Below, one piece after another: positions 53,296-64,000 of a stretch of DNA of 64,000 bases; the first letter of the stretch is position 1, and every line of letters starts with the position of its first letter. This DNA is from Felis catus. Its lineage: Eukaryota. The stretch covers positions 215,824,001-215,888,000 of the forward strand of contig NC_058368.1 of the NCBI RefSeq assembly GCF_018350175.1, read 5' to 3'. The notes below the pieces were generated by a model. It did no database searches. It was not told where the DNA came from and saw only the letters and a list, made by a program, of their open reading frames with translations. A program made the translations under genes and the position numbers.

Positions 53296-53512
53296 TGGGA
53301 ACATTCATTATAGTTTGGAGAGACTTTTGGCCTTACAGTCATTTCATGTTTGTCTATAAGGTTCCTAAATACCCTCAATCGGCCTTCTCTCACTGGTGAA
53401 ATTTTTCACATTTTTTTTCTGCCACCATTCTTCATGGTTGTTGAAAATCATTCAAATGCAAATAATACATGATTCAGCTAGTGTCTGTGTATATTTATAT
53501 AGAAATTTTAAC

Positions 53513-53721
53513 TTTTCAGGTTTATCTATTTATTTTGAGAGATAGAGTGCATGCACGAAAGTGGATGAGGGGCAGAGAGAAAGAAAGAGAGAGAACCCCA
53601 AGCAGGCTCCACTTTGCCAGCAGAGAGACTGGTGGGGTCTGCATCTCACAAACTGAGAGATCCTGATCTGAGCTGAAATGTAGAGTGAGATACTTAACTG
53701 ACTGAGCCACCCAGGTGACCC
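53513..53721 (-). mobile_element. Can-SINE
   Basis: Body and head motifs. Confidence 0.93.
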
Positions 53722-53929
53722 ACAAATTTTTAAAATCAAGGGAAATGCAGGTTACACAAATATGGGGACTTTATGAATGTACTGAATATTCATCTATATG
53801 TGAACATAAATATGAAGTAACCTGAGGGGAAGTGTAATAAAAATTCTATTGTCTGAAATTGAGTTATAGATTATTATGTTATTTTTAGAACTTTCTATCA
53901 TGCCAGTTTTCAAGTTGATCTCATAATCA

Positions 53930-54324
53930 AAATGAACTCATTAGTGTATTGATAAAAGAACCATTTACCACAATCAAGTGGGATTTTATTCTGAGCTGAA
54001 GGGTGTCTAAATATTCTCAAATCAATCAATGTAATATATGCATTAATAAAAGAACAGATGAACCCTATGATCTTATCAATAGATGTAGGAAAATATATCT
54101 GACAAAGCAGAGCAACCATTCTTGCTAAAAACCCTCAACAAAATAGGAATAGAGGAAACACATCTCAACATTATAAAGGCTGTATATGGAAGACCCACAG
54201 CTAATATAATCCCCTGTGGGGAAAAGCTAAGTGCATCTCCTCTGTGGTCAAGAACAAGACAGCAATGTCCACTCTCACCATTGTTATTTAACATAGTACT
54301 GGAAGTCCTAGCATCAGCAATCAG

Positions 54325-54367
<43 letters not shown>

Positions 54368-56374
54368 ATAAAAGACATCCAAATTGGCAAGGAATAAGGC
54401 AAACTTTCACTTTTTGCAGATGATATTACTCTAGGTAGAACATCTGAAAGGCTCCACCAAAAGATTGCTAGAAGTGATACATGAATTCAGTAAAGTCGCA
54501 GGACAAAAAATCAACATACAGAAATCTACTGCATTTCTAAATACTAATAATGAAGCAGCAGAAAGAGAAATCAACAAATCGATCTCATTTATATTTGCAA
54601 CAAAAACCATAGGATACCTAGGAATAAACCTAACCAAAGGGGTAAAACATCTGTACTCTGAAAACTATAGAACACTTATGAAAGGACACAAAGAGGACAA
54701 AGAGGACACAAAAATGGAAAAATATCCTATGTTCGTGGATGGGAAGAACAAACAAAGTTAAAATGTCTATAACACCCAAAACAATCTTTACATATTTATG
54801 TAATCTCTATCAAAATACCCACAGGATTTTTCATTGAGCTAGAACAATCCTAAAATTTGTATGGAACCACAAAAGAGCCTGAATAGCCAAAGGAATTATG
54901 AAAAAGAAAAGCAGAGTCAGAGGCATCACAATTCTGGACTTTAAGTTATATTACAAAGCTATAGTGATCAAGACAGTATGGTGATGGCACAAAAACAGAC
55001 ACCTAGATCAATGGAACAGAATAAGAAAACACAGAAATGGGCCCATAACTCTATGGTTAACTAATTTTAGACAAAGTAGGGAAGAAAATTCAGTGGGAAA
55101 AAGGACAGTCTCTTCAGCAAATGGTGTTGGGAAAACTGGACAGCAACATGCAAAAGAATGAAACTGGACCACTTTCTTCCACCATACACAAAAATACATT
55201 AAAAATGTATGAAAGACCTAAACGTGGGACAGTAAATCATCAAAATACTAGAGGACAAGAGGCTGCAACCTCTTTGACTTTGACCGTAGCAACTTCTTAC
55301 TAGATACACCTCCAGAGGCAAGAGAAACAAAAGCAAAGATAAACTATTGGAGACTTCATCAAAATAAAAACCCTCTTCACGGTGAAGGGAACAATGAAAA
55401 AAATAAAAGGCAGCCTATGGAATAGGAGAAGATATCTGCAAATGACATATCTGATAAAGGGTTAATATCTGAAATCTATAAGAGTTTCTCAAACTCAACA
55501 CCCAAACAACAGATAATCCAGTTAAGAAATGGGCTGAAGACATGAATAGACATTTTTCCAAAGAAAACATACAGATGGCTAACAGACACATGAAAAGATG
55601 CTCAACAGCACTCATCATCAGAGAAATACAAATCAAAGCCATGATAAGATACCATCTCACAACTGTCAGAATGGCTAAAATTAACAACACAGGAAACAAC
55701 AGGTGTTGGCAAGGATGTGGAGAAAGGGTAACCCTCTCACACTGTTGGTGGGAATGCAAACTGTTGCAGCCACTCTGGAAAACAGCAGGGAGATTCCTCA
55801 AAAAGCTAAAAATAGAACTACCCTATGATCTAGCAATTTCACTACTAGATATTTACCCAAAGGATAGAAAAATACTGATTTGAAGGGATACATGCATCCT
55901 TATGTTTACAGTAGCATTATCAACCATAACTAAATTACTGAATGAAGCTAAATGTCCATCAACTGATGAATGGATAAATAAGAAGTGGTATATATGTATA
56001 TACAGTGGAATATTTCACATGGATGGAGCTAGGTATATTATGCTAGGTGAAATAAGTCAGAGAAAGACCAATGCCATATGACTTCACTCATATGTGGGAT
56101 TTAAAAAGGAAATAGACGAACATGGGGGAAAAAAGGGAGAGGCAAACCATAAAACAGCCTCTTATCTGTAGAAAACAAACTGAGGGTTGCTAGAGCGGAG
56201 GTGGGCAGGATGATGGATTAAATGGGTGATGGGTATTAAGGGCGGCACTTGTGATGAGCACTGGGTGTTACATGTAAGTGATGAATCACCCACCATATTC
56301 TACTCTTGAAACTAATATTACACTATATGTTAACTAGCTGGAATTTAAATAAAAATTTGAAACTAAAAAAAAAG
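53930..56374 (+). mobile_element. 5'-truncated, decayed carnivore LINE-1 (RT domain to 3'UTR)
   Basis: RT motifs [25 protein letters not shown] (TTT GCA GAT GAT), KINIQKS, YLGINL; C-terminal [15 protein letters not shown]; many stops and frameshifts; 3'UTR and A tail. Confidence 0.97.
54326..54367. repeat. (CAA)14 trinucleotide repeat within L1 ORF2
   Basis: Directly visible. Confidence 0.97.
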
Positions 56375-56384
56375 TAAATTTATC

Positions 56385-56525
56385 ATTATGAGCAATGAGT
56401 AATGTATAGACTTGCTGAATCAGAATATTGTACCCCTGAAACCAATATGACACTACTATACTGGAATTAAACTAAAATTTTTGATTTAAAAATAACTTAA
56501 AAATTAAAAAAAACAATAAATAAAT
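56385..56525 (+). mobile_element. Second, older-type L1 extreme 3' end
   Basis: TGAGCAATGAGTAATGTATAGACTTGCTGAATCA..TTGTACCCCTGAAACCAATAT plus A tail. Confidence 0.75.
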
Positions 56526-56710
56526 TATTTTTAAAACCCACTATGTATCATTTTATATTATATGTGACCAATGATAATGGAGATTTTTCTTTCTACAGGT
56601 GAATTTAGAACAACAGCCATTGATATAGCAGTTAGGTTAATGAAAGAATAAAAAAAAAAAAGAAAAAAACTAAAGCAAGGAAGAAAACAAAATTAAAAAA
56701 ACAAATGCCA

Positions 56711-56848
56711 GGGGGTGGGGAGGCTGGCTGTCTCACTTGGTAGGTCATACAACTCTTGATCTCAGAGTTGTAAGGTTGAGCACCATGTCTGATGTATCGA
56801 TTACTTAAAAATAAAAAAAATCTTTAATAAATAAAATTAAATAAATAA
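56711..56848 (+). mobile_element. Old short Can-SINE
   Basis: GGCTGGCT..CAACTCTTGATCTCAGAGTTGTAAGGTTGAGC..GATTACTTAAAAATAAAA. Confidence 0.8.
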
Positions 56849-57399
56849 ATGTCCATAGATGCTTGACAGTCAAGTGTGAATTTGAACAATACTATCAACG
56901 TGCTGATTATTTTTTTAACATTTACTAAAATTTCTTATTATATATATAAAATAAAACTGGGGATACATGTGTATACACCTACTGAATATAAGTGTATGTA
57001 TTTTTAGACAAGTAAACAATATGTATTCAACCAGCAAAATAATAACACATTTTATCATGCACATCAGAAGATACATAATGGCCAAATTTTTACTCATTAA
57101 AATTTTATTATAATTAGCAAGAATCTTATGGAATGAAGCAGATAATCTAAAGATTCTAAACAATGTATAATATCACAAAAAATTGCCTAAACATTGGGTA
57201 GAGATATTAAAAATGAACTCCATTTACCTTAGCTAGTAGAACAAAGAATATTTATTTTTATATACATTTTAAAACTCAAAACGTAGTTTACGTTTGCTTT
57301 GAAAGAAAAAATATATATAAGCTTCATGAATAAGACAGCTTACATTTACCTTAGCTCTCTTTTGTAGAATTTTGTAAGTTAGAAAACAAAAGCCTTCTT

Positions 57400-57616
57400 T
57401 TTAAACATTTTTTAGTGTTTATTTATTTTTGAGAGAGAGGAAGAGAGAGATAGAGCATGGGAGGAGAAGGGACAGAGAGAGACACAGAATCCGAAGCAGT
57501 TTCCAGGCTCTGAGCTGTCAGCAAAGAGCCTGCCACGGGGCTTGAACCCAGGAACTGGGAGATCATGACCTGGGCTGAAGTCAGATGCTCAACCAGCTGA
57601 GCCACTCAGGTGCCCC
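57400..57616 (-). mobile_element. Can-SINE
   Basis: Body motifs; TSD-like AAAACAAA(A/G)GC(C)TT. Confidence 0.94.
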
Positions 57617-57770
57617 CAAAACAAAGGCTTGTTAAACTTATACTTCTTTCAGCAGTGGGTATTTGATTTTCATTTTTCACAAAAGCAAAGCGAAATTTTG
57701 AAACATGTTGAAATAGTGAAGTACTGGATGAGAACCAGAGTCAGTCTGTATAAAAATACAGCTAAATGCA

Positions 57771-57988
57771 GGGCACCTCGGTGGCTCGGCCAGTTAAACC
57801 CCTCCCTGACTCATGATTTCAGCTCAGGTCATGATTTCACAGTTGGGTTTGAGCCCCTCAGTGGGGCTCTGCACTGACAGTGCAGGGCCTGCCTGGGATT
57901 CTCTCTCTCTCCTTCTCTCTCTTCCCCTCCCCTGCTTGCTCTTTCTCTCAAAAATAAATAAATATTTTTAAAAATTAAAAAAAAAAAC
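57771..57988 (+). mobile_element. Can-SINE
   Basis: TSD AATACAGCTAAATGCA at 57755-57770 and 57989-58004. Confidence 0.95.
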
Positions 57989-58179
57989 AATACAGCTAAA
58001 TGCAACCTCTCATCCATCTACACTCCACCCTCTGAAGGCCGTCATGCATCATCTACGTCATGAGGGAAATTAGGAATATAAATGCTAAGGTAAGCTTTCT
58101 TCTGAAGGTGTAAGTTTTAATGGGGAATGATCTTTTCACACATAGCCTTTTGGTATTATTTGGAAAAAAAAAAGGAAAG

Positions 58180-58530
58180 TGGAAATAAACAAAAAGCAGA
58201 TTCGTACGCAAAGAACAAATTAATGCTTGCCAGAGAGGTGGGTGGGGGTATGAATGAAATAGCTAAGGGGATTAAGAAGTACAAACTCCAGTTAGAAAAT
58301 AAAGAAGAGATGAAGAGTGCTGCGTAGGAACTAGAGTCAGTAATATTGTAATAAAGTTGTTTCGTGACAGATGGAGACTACACCTGCGGTGAGCATTGAG
58401 TAATGCAGAGAATTGTTGAATCACTATATTGCACACCTGAAATTAATATACCACTATGTTAATTATACTTCAATTATATATATGTATTTATATATATAAT
58501 ATATATTAATGTATATATTAAAAAAATTTA
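58180..58530 (+). mobile_element. L1 (L1MA/L1_Carn-like) 3'UTR fragment
   Basis: GGGGATTAAGAAGTACAAACTCCAGTTA..GTGACAGATGG..GTTGAATCACTATATTGCACACCTGAAA. Confidence 0.88.
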
Positions 58531-59554
58531 AAGTGAATCGGTGCAAATATGTGAAAATTACATGCAAAAATGAATGTTATTTTGTTAGAACAGAGCTATT
58601 ATAGATGGTTTTATTTCAGGCACTATATTATCTCACAATTTTAAGTTTAAATGTCAGAAAATAGAAACTGCTTAAATTTCATGAATGACTCAAAATTGTT
58701 GGGTGACACTCAGTTTAAATCAGGATGGGGAAAGGTATTTTTCCTTGAACTATACTGTAAAGACATTTTAGAAGGAGCTATGGGAGCAATGTCTGTCATT
58801 ATCACTCACTGTGCTTTAGCAGAGGAGAGAAATGAGCACAAATCTATCCCTTAGGCAAGAATAAGCTCTGTGACTTCTGTGGCCCAGAGAAACAGAGGAA
58901 CCGTGGATCAATTTACTAACTATGGTGCAACATCCTAGACTCTCAGGAAATGCTACAGATTGCTTTAACTTTGTTTTTAAGAGGTCTGCTTCACTCCAAA
59001 ATATCTGGAGGTTACAACTGTAATAATCATGCAATTTTTTGTGGGTCATTTTTCCTGTGCCTCTACAAAAGTTTCGATAGCTCCCTGGTGTTTATCCCTA
59101 TGGTCTTAATGACAAAACTCCCAGACCGTATACAGTGTGGAGAATATTGGCTGTATACATACATAGCAAAACACACAGATGAGTAAGTAAAACAGAAAGT
59201 CATATAGGGATTGTATAAAATGAATCAGACACAGCTGCAGATTGGTATGGTGTGCTTTTTTATCTTCTTACTTTCCACGTGAGCATTAGAAATAATTGGA
59301 AGCACCAATCTGACTGGAATTATTTACAGGAAATATGACAAACGCTCAAGACCTTAACAAATATAAAGAGTAGGAGATGATACAAGTAAAAAAAAAAAGA
59401 ATATCTATAACTGATAAGTGGCAAAATACATTAACACAATATATTACAAACACACGTACTTATAAAAAAGGTAATCTAGCAATATGGATCCTGACTACTT
59501 ATATTTAACTTTCCATAATATAAGTACAGAGCAAGAAATATAAATGCCACAAGC

Positions 59555-59629
<75 letters not shown>

Positions 59630-59665
59630 GAAAGAAAATAAAGAAAGGAAAGAAAAATAAAAAGG
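59555..59665. repeat. (GAAA)n microsatellite
   Basis: Directly visible. Confidence 0.97.
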
Positions 59666-59850
59666 AACAGTTTCTCTATAAAACAGAAATTGAACAGAAA
59701 TTCAAAGTAAAAAGTTCAGGCTTATCTTGTTAACAGTCCGAACTTCTGGTTGCAGAATGGACCGTGGGTGGTAATTTCACTCTGTTGAAAAACCGAGGGC
59801 CGTATCACTTTTCTAGCAAGGAACAAATACCTTTTTAAACTTTTTACTTT

Positions 59851-60300
59851 AATGATGCAGAAAATGCTTTCTACAGAATCCAACATCCATTTATGAAAAA
59901 AGTTCAACAAAGTGGGTACAAAAGGGACAAGCCTTAATATAACAAAGCCATGTATGACAAGCCCACAGTTAACATAATACTCAATAGTAACAAGTAGAAA
60001 GCTTTTCCTCTAAGATCAGGAACAAGGCAAGGATGTCCACTCTTGCTACTTTTATTCAACACAGTATTGGATGTCTTAGCCAAAGCATTTAGGTTAAAAA
60101 AAAAAAAAAAAAAAAAAAAGTAAAAGGTACCCAAATTGGAAAGGAAAAAATAAAACTGTCACGATTTGTAGATGGCATGATATTATATGTAGAAAACCCT
60201 AAAAATTCAACCAAAAGCTGTTAGAGCTAATAAATGAATTTAGTAAATTTGCAGAATACAAAATCAATACACATAAATCTGTTGTGTTTCTATACAATAA
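59851..60300 (+). mobile_element. L1 ORF2 RT fragment
   Basis: AGATCAGGAACAAGGCAAGGATGTCCACTC, TATGTAGAAAACCCTAAA, TACAAAATCAATA motifs. Confidence 0.92.
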
Positions 60301-62367
60301 TTGACTAGTAATAGTATCCATATAATTCATTAACGATATAAAAATGGAAGACAAAATAGTCTAAGAAGCATGTGAAAAATGGCACAAATATTGCACATAC
60401 AGAAGATGAAATGTGTAATTATTTAAATAAAAACAAAATATGTATTATACTCTAACCTGGACAAATTCTTAGGGCATTTCAGTCAATTTAGGACTAAGGA
60501 CTCCAAAGTTCTTCACAGAGTGAGGGAAAAAAATAAAAAAGTATCAAAAACTATTAAGAAACATGTTCTCTTTCAAGATGCATCAATATGTTTCTAATGA
60601 TTATTTCAGAAATTGAAAATTAAGAAATGGTAAATAAAAAATGTTGAAGCTAATAGTGGTTGAGGATATGTTCTAATTCAGAGAAAAAACGTGAGTCTTA
60701 TTTTAAAAATGGAAAGTAATTACTTAATAGGATACATAAGATAAACCCACACCACACCAAATAGTACAAGTGAAACTGAAAATACCACTTATGAAAAGAA
60801 AATCTGAAAGGAAACTTTAATAGTGTAAGTTATATGTGAGAGAATGGCAGTAAGATTGAGAGCCCTTTATATATTGTGAATAATAATAATAAAACTTCCA
60901 CAATTATTTTTAGAATATAACTGATTAAGAGAATATTCTTTTCAAAGAAATTGGGAAGATATGGCTTACATGTAAAATATTGAAATACTGTTTAAGAGTT
61001 AATATGATTTCTGAGACATAAATCATAATGCAGCAAATATAAACAAAGTAGCTTAACTTGAACAGATTTTGTTCTTTCCCAATATTGTAACTAACCAAAT
61101 ATGCATATATAATTTAAATTACTTAAATACAATACATATATAATTTAAATTGTTTTGGGAATATAGATATTGCTATTTTGTTTCTGAAGTCAATATACCT
61201 TTTGTTAAGTAAGAAAAAAATCACATACAATTGATCTTCATTGTCATTTTTTTTTTTTTTACTTTTAGGCCCTGACAATGATAGATAGTATTGTTATTAA
61301 ATAATCAAAAGTGACCATCTCTGCTTGTAAATCATAGACTGGTATTTGTTAAATACACCATGCCATTTGTCCTAAATCAATCAGTTTTTTTAATAAATAG
61401 GCACCATATCTTTTGAAACATGTTGAAATGTTAATGAATTCTATCAAACACAAATATGTACAAGGAAATCATTTGCACCAGAATTTCACAAATCAATAAC
61501 TATTTCACATGCTTTCCAATGTGAAAATATTACTTGTAAAGTGTTTTTTCTTCTAAAATTTCCAGAGCTGCTTGCTATTATTTTTAAGTTTTTCTATGTA
61601 TGTGTTTAGCACACAAATATTTTAACGCATTACCATTTTTTTCTATTCTAGTTTTAATTCCATCTTGATACATAACAAATACAAAATATTTTATTGACTA
61701 CTTCCTTTCTTCTTTCAAAAATGTACTTTCTTGTTTCTCTGGTTTTATTTCTGTTCAAAAACATATGTTCATCTACTCAAAAAAATGTATGGAGTAAATT
61801 TTTAATAAGTTCCACAGATTTTAGGGTGTTTCTTTATCACCTGAGACTATCCGATCAATTAACTGGTTTATAATTACAAAGATGCAGAAGGCCTTAAAGA
61901 AATTCTTGCCCGTTCAGCTATCTCTGTTTAAAAAACTGCACTGTGTTAGATTGCTTTAAAATGTTAGAAATCCACTATTTCTATAATAAAAAAATATGCT
62001 AAGTAATGATTATGTTTACATTTTATATTTAAATATTCAAAATGTTTTACCTATATAGCTAGGAGATTTTATTCATTCCTTATTCTTAATATCCTAAGGT
62101 TATATTTTTTTTCACATTGAAAAAATTAACATTGATTTTAAATTCATCCCTAGTGCTAAATATTGGAATTTATGGGGGTTAATGGATCTGTTCTTTTACT
62201 TGCTAAATAAAATGTGTCCCCTTAGATGACGGTTACCATTTCTTAATTAAGAATCCACTAAAGTGCCATCCAAATGTACATAATTTATTCCCTTTATATT
62301 ATTGGACTGGGAATTTTGCCAATGAATAAAACATCTTATTCTCAGGCAACATGGAAACTAATATTTT

Positions 62368-62593
62368 TTTTAAATTTTTTTTTTCAACGTTTATTTATTT
62401 ATTTTTTGGGGACAGAGAGAGACAGAGCATGAACAGGGGAGGGGCAGAGAGAGAGGGAGACACAGAATCGGAAACAGGCTCCAGGCTCTGAGCCATCAGC
62501 CCAGAGCCTGATGCGGGGCTCGAACTCATGGACCGCGAGATCGTGACCTGGCTGAAGTCGGACACTTAACCGACTGCGCCACCCAGGCGCCCC
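62368..62593 (-). mobile_element. Young feline Can-SINE
   Basis: Perfect TSD GGAAACTAATATTTT at 62353-62367 and 62594-62608, followed by AA (L1 endonuclease TTTT/AA site). Confidence 0.97.
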
Positions 62594-63338
62594 GGAAACT
62601 AATATTTTAAAGCTTGGTGAGAAATATCATTCCTTTAACTTGTTTTAATAATACATCTATGTATAATGAAGAACAAATCAGTGGACAGCCTAATCTGACT
62701 TTCAGTAAGGGCACTAGCTAAAATCTAAAATGATTGTTTCTAAATGAAGGTATAGAACTTTTAGTGATAGAAGACAAATATGTCTATACATAAATATATG
62801 TGTATATGTACATGTATATGTGTATGTATATGTATATGTATCATTGTTACTGCTGTTCCTATTCTTGCTCCTAGCCATAGTTGTCATAACAGAAAGTAAA
62901 GATATTAAGTTTATTTATCTGGTTGACAAAAGATGTCAGGAGCTTCTTAAGGGCCTTTGAATGAGACACTAACAACCAAATGGAAATACTCTATAGAGGT
63001 TAACATAACAAACAAACAAACAAAAAAGGTTTAACAGCTTTTATTTTCATTTCTTTGCTTTGTAAAAGTTTCCTTTGAAAAGAGCTATGAATTTTCTAGA
63101 ATGTCCCTTGTTATAAGAAACAACTCTGAAATTTCCAGTAAATATGATTGCTAGAGCTACTTAGTGGATGTCCACGGAAATGATGCCTGTGCCTTAACTT
63201 TGCCTATTTTCTGAGTTATAGTTAGTCTCTAGATCTTTTTAAGTCACTCCCAAAAACTATTTTCAAATGTGTCATTGGACTAATTTCATTAATATTTCAA
63301 GTAGTCAGTAATGGCAATTCAAAAAGTATATGACATGT

Positions 63339-63752
63339 GGGGTGCCTGGGTTGCTCAGTCGGTTGTCCTATTCTCTCTTTTTTTTTTAATTTTATTTATT
63401 TTGAGAGGAAGACAGTGTGACCAGGGAGGGGCAGAGAGAGAGGGAGAGAAATAATCTCAAGCAGGCTCCACGCTGTGAGCACAGAGCCTGAGGCCAGGCT
63501 CCATCTCACAAACTATGAGATCATGATCTGAGGAAAAATCTAGAGACAAACACTTAACTGATTGAGTCACCCAGGTGCCCCTAAAGTCCTACTCTTGATT
63601 TCAGCACAGGTCATGATCCCAGGGTTGTGGGATCCACACTGTCAGGCTCCATGCTGAGTGTGGAGCCTGCTTAAGATTCTCTCTCTATCTCTTTCTCCCT
63701 GCCTCTCTCCCTCTGCCCCTCCCCCCACTTGTGCTCTCTAAAATAAAATATA
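63339..63752 (+). mobile_element. Can-SINE interrupted by an antisense SINE
   Basis: Head 63339-63374, body resumes at 63586; outer TSD GTATATGA(C/T)ATGT at 63326-63338 and 63754-63766. Confidence 0.92.
63375..63581 (-). mobile_element. Can-SINE nested in the head of another SINE
   Basis: TSD GTCCTA(T/C)TCT at 63365-63374 and 63586-63595. Confidence 0.93.
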
Positions 63753-64000
63753 TGTATATGATATGTAATTTTTATATTAAAATCACATATAATTTATTGC
63801 TTTTATTTACGATATATTATATAATTTGAGGGTTTAATTTATTCCTAAAAATCCTTTATTTGGTGGAAAATTTAAGAGTTCATTACAGTAAATTTGGTGT
63901 GTGTCTTTTCTTGCCACATGTCTAGGAAATAATGGTGACTTAAATATACAAGTGGCAACAAATACACTAGAGATTTATAGAATATACAAATTAAGACAAT

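Noticed and set aside
52884..53399. Longest ORF in the track (171 aa)
   Set aside because: Non-ATG start, lies mostly in an ERVL-type LTR remnant, no recognisable protein similarity.
54076..54402. Poly-Cys / poly-Gln ORFs
   Set aside because: Produced by the (CAA)14 repeat in a dead L1.
1..64000. A novel multi-gene biological system
   Set aside because: No intact genes or operon-like organisation are visible; the content is explained by transposable elements, microsatellites and one retrocopy.

Overview
This is AT-rich, repeat-dense mammalian DNA from a cat (Felidae), judged from dozens of tRNA-derived carnivore Can-SINEs (including five near-identical, CpG-rich young feline copies) and carnivore-type L1 3' ends. 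I find no intact protein-coding gene, RNA gene, CRISPR array or prokaryote-style system; the window looks intergenic or deep-intronic. Nearly all ORFs in the track come from SINEs, L1 ORF2 remnants, LTRs or microsatellites. The one gene-derived sequence is an intronless, 5'-truncated NDE1 retrocopy of the '-KMLL' C-terminal isoform (~31549-31931). It carries a +1 frameshift, two nonsense codons and a 31-bp tandem duplication that restores the frame, and it probably has a twin-priming (inverted) architecture. Other points of interest are nested SINEs, an L1 target-site duplication with one-sided CpG decay, a direct-inverted-direct templated insertion at a MLT2 breakpoint, and a (CAA)14 expansion in L1 ORF2. 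Repeat subfamily names are recalled from consensus sequences, not database-confirmed, and boundaries of old elements are approximate.
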